A stretch of DNA of 64,000 nucleotides from a bacterium. GTDB taxonomy: Bacteria; Sumerlaeota; Sumerlaeia; MVZB01. The position numbers and the translations under genes were made by a program. How positions within the stretch are numbered: position 1 is the stretch's first letter; each line of letters starts with the position of its first letter. The notes below the pieces were generated by a model. The model worked only from the letters and a program-made list of their open reading frames with translations, made no database searches and was not told where the DNA came from. The DNA lies in the NCBI GenBank assembly GCA_021372575.1, contig JAJFUE010000152.1:1995-65994 (forward strand), read 5' to 3'. Below, piece after piece: positions 36,365 through 45,125 of the stretch.

Positions 36365-38089
36365 TTATCCTTCCACCTTGCGGATCGGGCCCGGGGCTTC
36401 GGGGGTCTTCTCCGGATCGAACGGGTTGAAGTAATAGATCCCCTTGCGGTCGCACTGGCGCAGGAACGCCGGGACGCGCTTCATGAAATCGTCGATGTTC
36501 TTGTTTGCGGCGGGCGTCCAGCCGTCCTCGGCAAGCGCGGCGAGGCGCGGGTAAAGAATGTATTGCAGGCGCTTCATCGTGGAGATCGACTCGGTCCACA
36601 CGCACGCCTCGACGCCCATGACCTGGTCCATCCTGCCCTCCGGCACGAGCTTGTCCGTCCAGCGATCGGGGAAATTATAGACGCTCTGGATCGTGTTCGT
36701 GACCTTCTTGCCGCCGTATTCCTTGCGGCCGACTTCGAGCCCCTCGTACTGGATGAAATCGAAGTAACACGGGTCGCGCGGGCAGAGAACGACCGGGAAT
36801 CCGTCCTCGACGCCCTTGGTCAGGACCTGCGGTTTTTCGTGGTGCCACCACAGCAACGCCGACTGGTTGGGGTCGATGCCGGCGGCGCCGATGTCGTCCC
36901 AGCCCATGACGATCTTGCCCATCTTGTTGATGTTGCCGGCCATGCGGCGGATGAAGTAATGCTCGAGCTCGACCTCGTTCTTGAGGCCCTGCGCGCGCGT
37001 GAACGCGAGGATCTGCGGGTCGGTCTTCCACGCCGTGTTGCCGAAGAACACCTCATCGCCGCCGATGTTGACGTATGGGCCGGGGAACATCGTCGCCAGC
37101 TCGCGCATCACGTCCGTGAGGAACTCGTAGGTCTCTTCTTTTGCCGGATTGAACGTGAAGCCCGGATACTTGGGATCGTCGCCGCCGGAGATTTCCGGGT
37201 AGGCCTTCGTGGCCGCCGTGGCGTGACCGGGCATGTCGATCTCGGGGATGATGACGATCTGGCGCTCGGCGGCGTAGGCGACGATCTCGCGGATCTCATC
37301 CTGCGTGTAATACGAGCGCACGTTGGGGTCGATGCCGCGTTCGGTCCCGCCGACCGTCGTCAGCTTCGGGTCTTTCTTGATCTCGACGCGCCAGCCCTGC
37401 GAGTCGGTCAAATGCCAGTGAAAGCGGTTCATCTTGAGGCCGGCCATCATGTCGAGGCATTCCTTGACGGCCTTCATCCCAAAGAAATGCCGTGACTCGT
37501 CGAGCATCATGCCGCGGTATCCGAACCGCGGCTCGTCGGCGATCTTGACGGCAGGCAAATTAAGCGGCCATGCGGGACCGTCATAGACCACCGGATAGTG
37601 CACCAAATGCGCATCAACCATTTGCAGCACCGATTGCACGCCGTAGAACAGGCCGGTCTCGGCGCGCGCGGTGACCTTGATGCCGCGCGGCGTGACGGTC
37701 AGTTCATAGGCTTCGGGGTTCTTCGATGAAATCAACCCCGGTTCGATCACGATCGCGCCCTTGTGCGATTGGCCGACCTTGTTAACGACGTTGACCTTGA
37801 GGTTAAGGCCGGTGCGCTCCTTAATGCCGTCCTTCAAAAACTTCGCCGAGAGCTGGCCAGCCGATGAATTGGCGTAAATTTCAGTCCCTGGAGTGACCGC
37901 GAAATGGCCTCTGCCCAATTCGCATTGGGCCGGCGCGGGGATGATCCCGACATTGCCGGCCTTGCCTGCGTTCTTCTTCGCCATCATTTCCGCGCACGCA
38001 GGCAAGAGAACGGCGATGCACGCCGCCAACACGATTCCGCCCAGCCACCGTTTCATAGCCAACCCCTCCAGTGTTCGTTGAGATGACAA
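36365..38089 (-). CDS. Beta-N-acetylhexosaminidase, glycoside hydrolase family 20 (secreted)
   Basis: Signal peptide. ...RFHWHLTDSQGWR... and ...IGGDEV... are GH20 catalytic-domain motifs. Confidence 0.8.
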   Translation of the reverse strand: MSSQRTLEGLAMKRWLGGIVLAACIAVLLPACAEMMAKKNAGKAGNVGIIPAPAQCELGRGHFAVTPGTEIYANSSAGQLSAKFLKDGIKERTGLNLKVNVVNKVGQSHKGAIVIEPGLISSKNPEAYELTVTPRGIKVTARAETGLFYGVQSVLQMVDAHLVHYPVVYDGPAWPLNLPAVKIADEPRFGYRGMMLDESRHFFGMKAVKECLDMMAGLKMNRFHWHLTDSQGWRVEIKKDPKLTTVGGTERGIDPNVRSYYTQDEIREIVAYAAERQIVIIPEIDMPGHATAATKAYPEISGGDDPKYPGFTFNPAKEETYEFLTDVMRELATMFPGPYVNIGGDEVFFGNTAWKTDPQILAFTRAQGLKNEVELEHYFIRRMAGNINKMGKIVMGWDDIGAAGIDPNQSALLWWHHEKPQVLTKGVEDGFPVVLCPRDPCYFDFIQYEGLEVGRKEYGGKKVTNTIQSVYNFPDRWTDKLVPEGRMDQVMGVEACVWTESISTMKRLQYILYPRLAALAEDGWTPAANKNIDDFMKRVPAFLRQCDRKGIYYFNPFDPEKTPEAPGPIRKVEG

Positions 38090-38147
38090 GATGTGCGACC
38101 GCGTTCCACCCGCATTGGTAGATCAAATTAAGAGGGTTCACAAGAGA

Positions 38148-38184
38148 TTATTGTCCATTCATGCTCGTACTCGTGCTCGTAATC
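38148..38184 (-). repeat. Hexamer-tandem dispersed repeat, copy 5
   Basis: The reverse complement reads ATGTTCGATTACGATTACGAGCACGAGTACGAGCATGAA. Confidence 0.8.
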
Positions 38185-38263
38185 GTAATCGAACATATCA
38201 GCGATTCGACGACCGAGACCTGTTCCGATCAGAAGGGCGTGCCGCCAGCCCCGCAGGGGCAAC

Positions 38264-38406
38264 ACGTTTGTAGCCATGCGATTTTAAAAAGAGCCGAACT
38301 CCGCAGGAGTGGCACGTGATGGGTGTGCCCGATTACGTGCCGCTCCTGCGGAGCTCGGATTTTATTGGCGATCTTTGCTACAAACGTACCGCTCCTGCGG
38401 AGCTGG
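38264..38406. repeat. Roughly 120-bp imperfect palindrome (arms acgtttgtagc...ccgaactccgcaggagtggcacg / cgtgccgctcctgcggagctc...gctacaaacgt) plus an extra direct copy of the 16-mer CCGCTCCTGCGGAGCT. MITE-like element or operator cluster upstream of GH20.
   Basis: Outer 11-mers at 38264-38274 and 38376-38386 are exact reverse complements. Inner 21-mers at 38294-38316 and 38338-38359 match 19/21. Third 16-mer copy at 38388-38406. Confidence 0.6.
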
Positions 38407-38541
38407 CTTGGCGCCGTTATCAAATGCTCATAAACCACGGAATGGCCTGACAACCGGAAAATACTTACATTCGAGACGCGGCGGCGCAAAGAATGCCCTC
38501 TTTGCGTCCCCGCGTCTCGGCGCGATAAAGACCCCGGCTTG

Positions 38542-39198
38542 TTACTCCTGCGAAACCTTGAGGAACACGAGATAATCGAAGCCCTCGCGGTTGATGAAGC
38601 GTTCAACGTAAGACAGGTCGGGCGACGGGATCATCTTCCGCTCGGTCTTGAAATAAATCGTCCGATCCGGCGTTGCCGGCGCGGCCTTTCCCTTGTTGTT
38701 CAGCATCGGAATCGCCAACACCTCCGTAACCCGAACCGTTCCGTCGGGCTGCGAAACCGGCGTCACGGTGATCTCCAGGTCCTCTTTCGGCCTGGCGTCA
38801 TTGCTTTCGCCTATCCTTACGTTGCCGTCATCTCCATCGCAAACAAGAAGCCGCGGGCGCAACAAAATCCGCGTCTGCGAATTCGACAGGAACTGATGCA
38901 CGGCATGCGTGTCGATCCTGCCGCTGTCGACCTGGGCGCGCAAACCCTCGTCCACTTTGCCGTATGCTTTGGTGGGCATCGCAAGGAGCTCGATTTCAAA
39001 GAGATATTGTTTTCGCGGCTCAAGCGATTTCTTTGTCACATGCGCGGGCTTTGGTTGTGACCGGGCCTCGGTTTTTTCCGGCGCGCGCGCCGCGGGTCCT
39101 TCCTCGTGGCCAGCTTGCGTCCTGGCGGCGCGGCTGCATCCAAGCGCGCACATGGCAAGGAGCATGACCATCCACAATGAACTCGAACGTGCAATCAT
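38542..39198 (-). CDS. Secreted hypothetical protein, paralog of 35520-36164
   Basis: Signal-like MIARSSSLWMVMLLAMCALGC (the ORF is open to 39222). The shared motifs are given under 35520-36164. Confidence 0.55.
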   Translation of the reverse strand: MIARSSSLWMVMLLAMCALGCSRAARTQAGHEEGPAARAPEKTEARSQPKPAHVTKKSLEPRKQYLFEIELLAMPTKAYGKVDEGLRAQVDSGRIDTHAVHQFLSNSQTRILLRPRLLVCDGDDGNVRIGESNDARPKEDLEITVTPVSQPDGTVRVTEVLAIPMLNNKGKAAPATPDRTIYFKTERKMIPSPDLSYVERFINREGFDYLVFLKVSQE

Positions 39199-39367
39199 CT
39201 GTCGCCTCCAATCAACGAACATGGTACATCCAGCTTCCCCATTCCTAACAAATACCGCGCCAATGGAAATTGCGCGTATTTTCCATTAAAATATCCCCCG
39301 AGCCGCGATCCCCCGCTTTCGCCGATTGTGATTTCTCGAAAAACCTGTTCGCGTCTTTTGCGCAATT

Positions 39368-39386
39368 CTTTCGTGAATTTCGTGAT
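39368..39386 (+). promoter_or_regulatory. TTCGTGA-N2-TTCGTGA direct repeat 60-80 bp upstream of the GH20 gene at 39447; same motif as upstream of the S46 peptidase
   Basis: tttcgtgaatttcgtgatc. Confidence 0.35.
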
Positions 39387-39446
39387 CTTCCCCGCCGTTG
39401 CTGTTTTCATTTGCCGCCGCGATCTGTTCCGGTAACAATAGTTGAT

Positions 39447-41276
39447 ATGAAAGAGTATCGGGAACCCATCCTGCTGCCGCGGCCGCGCGGGGTTGTCCTG
39501 CGCGATGGCTGGTGCGACATCCCGGCCGACCTGGCCGGGCGAATCGATCCCGCGTGGGCGCGGCGCGTCAAGGGCGGCGGTGCGGCCGGACGCGTCGCGA
39601 TCGTCCTCGACGGCGGTCCGGGCCTGAGCCTTGGCATCGACGAGACGGCGCGGCCGCAGGGCTACCGGCTCGAAGTTGCCCCGGGCGCGATCTCCGTCGC
39701 CGGCCACGACCACAGCGGCATCTTTTATGGATTGATGACGCTGCGCCAGCTGGCGCGGCTCGGGCGCGAAACCGGCCGCATCCCGGCCGTCGTCATCGAA
39801 GACTGGCCCGACCTCGCCGTGCGCGGCGCGATGCTCGACGTCAGCCGCGACCGCGTTCCCACGATGGAGCGGCTCCTCGAGACGATCGACACGCTCGCCG
39901 GGCTGAAGGTCAACCAGATCCAGCTCTACATGGAGCACGCGTTCGCCTACGAGCGCCACCAGATCGTGTGGCAAGACGCCTCGCCGCTCACGGCCAAAGA
40001 AATCCGGATCATCGACGCGTTCTGCCACGACCGGTTCATCGAGCTGATCCCGAACCAGAACTCGTTCGGCCACATGGAGCGCTGGCTGCTCCACGATCCC
40101 TATAACGAACTAGCCGAGCTGCCCGACAAGGCGCGCGAGAAATTCGCCGGCAGCCGCAGCCTGTGCCCGATCGACGACCGCGTGTTCCCGTTCCTCGAGG
40201 AACTCTACGACGAGCTGCTGCCGAACTTCGCGAGCCGCCGGTTTAACGTCGGGCTCGACGAGACGTTCGATTTGGGCAAAGGGCGCAGCCGCGAGGCATG
40301 CGAGCGGCTCGGCAGTGGCCGCGTGTATCTGGAGTATCTCAAGAAGGTGTATGAGCTCGTGCGCCGGCGCGGCCACCGCATGCAGTTCTGGGCCGACATC
40401 ATCCTGAATTACCCGGAGCTCCTGCCCGAACTGCCGCACGAGTGGATCACCGTGCTGATCTGGGGTTATGAAGCGAATCACCCATTTGACGAGCAGTGCC
40501 GGCGGCTGCGGCAGTCGGGGCTGCCGTTTTGCGTGTCGCCGGGCACGTCGAGCTGGAATGCCCTGATCGGCCGCACGGCGAACATGCGCGCCAACGTGCT
40601 CGGCGCGGCGCGCGCGGCCGAGGGCTCAATGGGGCTGCTCATGACCGACTGGGGCGACAACGGCCACTGGCAACATCCTCCGTCGATGTGGCCGGGATTC
40701 GCGCTCGGTGCGGCCGTGGCGTGGTCGCTTCAGGCCAACGAGAACATCGACCTGGCCGCGGCGCTCGACGCGCACGTCTTCGAGCCAAAGAGCGGCCACA
40801 TCGCGGCGGCGCTGCTCGATCTCGGCGACGCTTATCTTGATACCGGCGTCCTGATCCCGAACGCGACGATCTTCGGCCAGTTGCTCATTTACCCGGAGCG
40901 CCCCATCTCCGACGAGCGCTGGTCGGGGCTATCGGCCATCGGGCTCGAGGCAGCCATGCATCACATCGAGCAGGCGCTGCACGGGCTGGCGCCGGCGGCA
41001 ATGCAGCCTCCGGCCGCGGCCCTCGCCGTCGAGCAGATCCGCCACAACGCGGCGATGGCGCTTCACGCGTGCCGGCAGGGGCTGGCGCGGATCGCCGCCG
41101 GCAAAGACGGACGCATCGAGGACGTCCCGGCCGCCGCGCGCGCGCGCCTGGCGGGCGAACTCGAGCCGCTCATCGAGGAACACCGGCGCCTGTGGCTGGC
41201 CGACAGCCGGCCGGGCGGCCTCGCCGACAGCGCGGGCCGTCTCGAAAAGCTTGTCTCTTGTTATCGACTTGCATAA
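39447..41276 (+). CDS. Glycoside hydrolase family 20 (beta-hexosaminidase-like) protein
   Basis: ...AVRGAMLDVSRDRVPTMERLLETIDTLAGLKVNQIQLYMEHAFAYE... is GH20 catalytic (beta/alpha)8-domain-like. ATG at 39447. Confidence 0.65.
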   Translation: MKEYREPILLPRPRGVVLRDGWCDIPADLAGRIDPAWARRVKGGGAAGRVAIVLDGGPGLSLGIDETARPQGYRLEVAPGAISVAGHDHSGIFYGLMTLRQLARLGRETGRIPAVVIEDWPDLAVRGAMLDVSRDRVPTMERLLETIDTLAGLKVNQIQLYMEHAFAYERHQIVWQDASPLTAKEIRIIDAFCHDRFIELIPNQNSFGHMERWLLHDPYNELAELPDKAREKFAGSRSLCPIDDRVFPFLEELYDELLPNFASRRFNVGLDETFDLGKGRSREACERLGSGRVYLEYLKKVYELVRRRGHRMQFWADIILNYPELLPELPHEWITVLIWGYEANHPFDEQCRRLRQSGLPFCVSPGTSSWNALIGRTANMRANVLGAARAAEGSMGLLMTDWGDNGHWQHPPSMWPGFALGAAVAWSLQANENIDLAAALDAHVFEPKSGHIAAALLDLGDAYLDTGVLIPNATIFGQLLIYPERPISDERWSGLSAIGLEAAMHHIEQALHGLAPAAMQPPAAALAVEQIRHNAAMALHACRQGLARIAAGKDGRIEDVPAAARARLAGELEPLIEEHRRLWLADSRPGGLADSAGRLEKLVSCYRLA

Positions 41277-41321
41277 ATTAGTCTCAATTGCAGTGCAGTC
41301 TTCGGTCGAGGATCGAACCCG

Positions 41322-42116
41322 GTGAAATTACAGTATGCATCCCGAACGCATGTCGGACTGGTCCGTCCATCCAATGAAGATTCGATGCTGGCCATTCCCG
41401 ACGCCGGCGTATTCGTGATCGCCGACGGCATGGGCGGCGAAGTCGCCGGCGAAGAGGCCTCGGCCCAGACGATCAGCAGCATCGACCAGGCGCTCAGGCC
41501 GCTCGCGCAGAACCCGCCGGCCAATCCCGACCAGCTCGAGCTGCTGCTGCAGGACGCGCTCATGCAGGCGCACCGCGACGTGTTCGACATCTCGAAGCTC
41601 AACCCGCTCAAGCGCGGCATGGGCTCGACGGCCTCGCTGCTGTGCGTGCACCGCGACGCGTGGATGGTCGCGCAGATCGGCGACAGCCGCGTGTATCTCA
41701 TTCGCAACGGCCTCATCCGCCAGATCACGACCGATCACACCGTCGTATGGGAGCTTTACAAGCAGGGCATCATCGAGCGCGACCAGCTCGCGCTGCACCC
41801 GACGCGCCATCTGCTGACGCAGTGCATCGGCAGCTCCGAGCCGATCAAGATCGACCTGTTCGAGGGGGCCGTTCGCAACGGCGACATGTTCCTGATCTGT
41901 TCGGACGGCCTGACGGGCTACGTTCCCGAGGAGCAGCTCAACGCGACGCTGGTCGATCCGGCGCTGGACCTGGACCAGATGGCGGACGAGCTCGTCGAAT
42001 CGGCGCTGGCCGGCGGCGGCGGCGACAATATCTCGCTCATCCTGCTGCGCGTCCATCCCGATCCCGGCGACCGCTGGCTGGCGATGTTCCACGCCGACCA
42101 AACGTCGGTGGGGTAA
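41322..42116 (+). CDS. PP2C-family Ser/Thr protein phosphatase (Stp-like)
   Basis: ...SNEDSMLA...FVIADGMGGEVAGEEAS...ICSDGLTGYV...GGGDNISLILLRV are PP2C motifs. Confidence 0.8.
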   Translation: MKLQYASRTHVGLVRPSNEDSMLAIPDAGVFVIADGMGGEVAGEEASAQTISSIDQALRPLAQNPPANPDQLELLLQDALMQAHRDVFDISKLNPLKRGMGSTASLLCVHRDAWMVAQIGDSRVYLIRNGLIRQITTDHTVVWELYKQGIIERDQLALHPTRHLLTQCIGSSEPIKIDLFEGAVRNGDMFLICSDGLTGYVPEEQLNATLVDPALDLDQMADELVESALAGGGGDNISLILLRVHPDPGDRWLAMFHADQTSVG

Positions 42117-42131
42117 TGGAATTTCAAAAAA

Positions 42132-42170
42132 ATCGTGCTCGTGCTCGTAATCGTAAACGCAATCGAACAC
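42132..42170 (-). repeat. Hexamer-tandem dispersed repeat, copy 6 (degenerate); forms an inverted pair with copy 7
   Basis: The reverse complement reads GTGTTCGATTGCGTTTACGATTACGAGCACGAGCACGAT. Confidence 0.75.
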
Positions 42171-42257
42171 GCGATCGCATGGAGACCATCATGCCGCATG
42201 GAAGCGAATTCGATTGCGACAAAAAATAAATATGTCGAGCGTTTCAGCGAAGGATCC

Positions 42258-42317
42258 GGATTTTCGATTACGATTACGAGCACGATTACGAGCACGATTA
42301 CGAGCACGAGCACGACG
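42258..42317 (+). repeat. Hexamer-tandem dispersed repeat, copy 7 (longest): GGATTTTCGATTACGATTACGAGCAC(GATTACGAGCAC)2GAGCACGACG
   Basis: Direct reading. Confidence 0.85.
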
Positions 42318-42340
42318 ACTTGCCATGCTTTGCGCCGAAT

Positions 42341-43279
42341 CTACTTTGATTCGCTCTCGTGAATCTCGGGCGGCTCGGGATGCACGGTCACGTCGGCGCC
42401 GGGGATGATCTCCTGCAGTTCCTGCTCGATGCGCTCGGTGAGGGCGTGGACGTTGCGCAGGGTCTCTTCCCCGCTGACCAGGATGTGAATATCGATGAAC
42501 GCCTTGGGGCCACTGTAGCGCATGCGCACTTGATGGCAGTCGATCACGCCGGGGATCGATTCCACCTTGCGCGTGATTTCATCGGCCTTGCCGCGCGGGG
42601 CGGCGTCGAGGAGCGCCTGGATCGAACGCATGCCAAGCCGCACGCTGACCCAGGTCATGATCGCAGCCACGACGAGCGCGCTGATCGAGTCCACCTTGTG
42701 CAGGAACGGCCATTGCGGCAGGGACTCGCCGGCCTTGACGCAGATGAGGCCCAGGATGACGACCGAGGAGCTCCACACGTCCGTGCTGAAATGAAGCGCG
42801 TCCGCCTCGAGCGCCTGGCTGTTGTGCTTGATCGCGGCGCGCATCAGCATGCGCGACCGCGTGATATCCACCACGATCGACGTCGCCATCACCGCGAACG
42901 ACCAGAAGTTCACTTCGATTTCAATCTGGGTCTTGCCGAGCAGGCGCTCGGTGGCTTCCATAACGATCCAGACGCACGTCGCAAGCAACAACACAGTCTC
43001 GATGAGCGCGGAGAAATTCTCGACCTTGCCGTGGCCGTAATGGTGCCCGATGTCGGCCGGCTTGCCCGAGATCCTGACCGCGAAATAAGTCGTCACGGCC
43101 GCGAGAAAATCGAGCGCCGAGTGCGCGGCCTCGGCCATGATGCCGAGGCTGCCGGTAAGGAGTCCCACGACCAGTTTCATGGACGTCAAACCGGCCGCCG
43201 CCATCACCGACGAAAAGGCCACGAATCTTTTTTCCTGATCCGCGTGAAGCTGGGTTTGATCGCTCAATGCCATGACCAA
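42341..43279 (-). CDS. Cation diffusion facilitator (CDF) family metal efflux transporter
   Basis: ...LKLVVGLLTGSLGIMAEAAHSALDFLAAV...HHYGHGKVENFSALIE... is the CDF signature. Six TM segments plus a C-terminal cytoplasmic domain. Confidence 0.8.
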   Translation of the reverse strand: MVMALSDQTQLHADQEKRFVAFSSVMAAAGLTSMKLVVGLLTGSLGIMAEAAHSALDFLAAVTTYFAVRISGKPADIGHHYGHGKVENFSALIETVLLLATCVWIVMEATERLLGKTQIEIEVNFWSFAVMATSIVVDITRSRMLMRAAIKHNSQALEADALHFSTDVWSSSVVILGLICVKAGESLPQWPFLHKVDSISALVVAAIMTWVSVRLGMRSIQALLDAAPRGKADEITRKVESIPGVIDCHQVRMRYSGPKAFIDIHILVSGEETLRNVHALTERIEQELQEIIPGADVTVHPEPPEIHESESK

Positions 43280-43463
43280 CCTGAAATGATTGATGGGCGC
43301 CGGCTGGCACGCCCGCGCCTTAACGTATGAATCGGGCGCGATATCGCACCGCGCCCGTCAAGCAAACCGGTTTCGAAACTATCACGCTCTCGAATCGCAA
43401 ATCAACCGAACTTCATGCGGCGCCGCGGCGGATCCGGTTGTTGCCGCGCCGTTTGCCCGCGCA

Positions 43464-44948
43464 TTATTTGTTCGCGGCCGCGGGGCTTGCCATGTAGTTC
43501 AGCACGGCCCAGCCGTAGAGCTCGGCGGCGGAGTCGCCGGCCGTGCACTGGCCCATGTAAATCTTCTCGCATTTTTGCAGGGTGTCGCCGCCAAGGAGCA
43601 TGAAGCCGCTGACGGCCGAGTTCTTCTCGCCCCGGCTGCCGCCCTGCTCGCCGGCGACGGTGGCCCACATCGCGCCGCCCTTGTCGGTTTCGCCATACAT
43701 TTTCCCAAAGGTCTTGGCGAACGCCTGAACGTCGGCGTCGGTGAAGACGACCTTGCGCCGGGCGCACTCGACCATGAAGCGCAGCGTGTCCTGCAGGAAC
43801 TCGATCTTCTCGGGCTGCGGCTCGCCCTTGAAGGAGGGGGTGTTGACGCTGATGTTGTCAGCCTTCGTCCAGCCCTTGTTTACCGGGCCGTACCAGTGAT
43901 CCATGTAGGCCGCGCCGTCTTTTTCGGTGATGAGGGTCTTGATGAACGTGGCGAGCTGTGTGGCGCGCCGCGCGTAGAGCTCCTTGCCGGTGGCGTCGTT
44001 CATGTAAAGGAGGGCGGTGCCCATCGCCGACAGCGCATACGGCGCGTCGGGCACGCCGTCGCACCAGATCGGGGCGCCCTTCTCGATCTTGTAGTAGCCG
44101 CCTTCGCCCTGATCGACCCACGCCTTCTCGTTTTCAAGCTCGGCGAACGTTTCCTCGGCGGTCGTCAGGTACATCTGGCCGCGGTGCGCAAGCCCCGCCA
44201 TGTCGGGGTATTTCTTGATCATCGCCGCGACCTTCGCGAGCGGAACCATGATCCGGCCCGATTGGTGCGACAGCAGCACACAGCGCTGGGTGGGCAGCGT
44301 GAACGGATTGTGCGCGATCGGGACGTTGCCGCCGAGCTTCCGGACCTTGAGCACGCTGCCCGGCGTGTTGACCTTGGCCTCGAGCGTGTCCATCGTGAGG
44401 CCGAGCCAGTTGCCGACCTGGTTGCCCGTCAGCAGGTTCATCACGACGATCGAGAATTGTTTCGGGTTCTTCGAGTCGGGGGTGATCTGAATCGTGAGGC
44501 TGTTATTGTCCTGATGCGCGACGGCCTGCAGCATGAACGAGGGCTTGCCGTCCTTGTCCAGGACCGTGGCCGGCTGGCCGAGGGTGTATTGGCCGTCGGT
44601 GAGCCACCCGTGATGCAGCACGCCCTTGTAATCGACGCCACCGGACTTGTCGGCGCGCGCGGTGTTGACCATGTCGGCCATTGACACGAAGTTGTCGATG
44701 TAATCGCCGTTCTGGGTCGCTTCGTACATCAGCAGGTAGGCGTCCATCTCGTAGGAGTCGGCCCACGTGATGCCGCCGTTGAGGTTGCTGGAGGCCTTGT
44801 TGGCGCGGGCAGCGCGAACGCGCTCGCCGCAATCGTCGAAATGCTTCAGCAACGCGGCCGTGTCCGCGGCCGGCGCCGTGTTGATCGCCGCCATCACAAG
44901 AATCGCCGTCAGTAACCCGCCGACCGCCTTGAACCACCTGCTCGCCAT
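43464..44948 (-). CDS. Secreted hypothetical protein (about 494 aa)
   Basis: Signal peptide MASRWFKAVGGLLTAILVMAAINTAPAA. Balanced composition. The opposite-strand 464-aa ORF is antisense-like. Confidence 0.5.
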   Translation of the reverse strand: MASRWFKAVGGLLTAILVMAAINTAPAADTAALLKHFDDCGERVRAARANKASSNLNGGITWADSYEMDAYLLMYEATQNGDYIDNFVSMADMVNTARADKSGGVDYKGVLHHGWLTDGQYTLGQPATVLDKDGKPSFMLQAVAHQDNNSLTIQITPDSKNPKQFSIVVMNLLTGNQVGNWLGLTMDTLEAKVNTPGSVLKVRKLGGNVPIAHNPFTLPTQRCVLLSHQSGRIMVPLAKVAAMIKKYPDMAGLAHRGQMYLTTAEETFAELENEKAWVDQGEGGYYKIEKGAPIWCDGVPDAPYALSAMGTALLYMNDATGKELYARRATQLATFIKTLITEKDGAAYMDHWYGPVNKGWTKADNISVNTPSFKGEPQPEKIEFLQDTLRFMVECARRKVVFTDADVQAFAKTFGKMYGETDKGGAMWATVAGEQGGSRGEKNSAVSGFMLLGGDTLQKCEKIYMGQCTAGDSAAELYGWAVLNYMASPAAANK

Positions 44949-45125
44949 GGGTCGATCCTCCTGTTATCAATCAAAATTGAGCATGAACCGTTTTGATACG
45001 TACGACCATCATATAAGTGCCGACTCGAACAGGCACTCAAAATCACACTTCACGCGGCGATTTGCAACAACTTCACGCCTTATGGACATGCCATTCCACT
45101 GGCCCGCCGCGCGGCGTGTTGTGCT

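Noticed and set aside
36263-37495. 410-aa plus-strand ORF opposite the GH20 gene, and 39195-40094 minus-strand ORF opposite the second GH20 gene
   Set aside because: GH20 catalytic motifs lie on the other strand in both cases. These are antisense-composition artefacts.
13778-42317. Possibility that the hexamer repeats are a CRISPR array or a minisatellite locus
   Set aside because: Copies are dispersed over 29 kb, not clustered. There are no unique spacers between regularly spaced repeats and no cas genes in the window.
43290-44684. 464-aa plus-strand ORF opposite the secreted protein gene
   Set aside because: Gly/Ala/Leu/Arg-rich antisense-like composition. The minus-strand product has a clean signal peptide.
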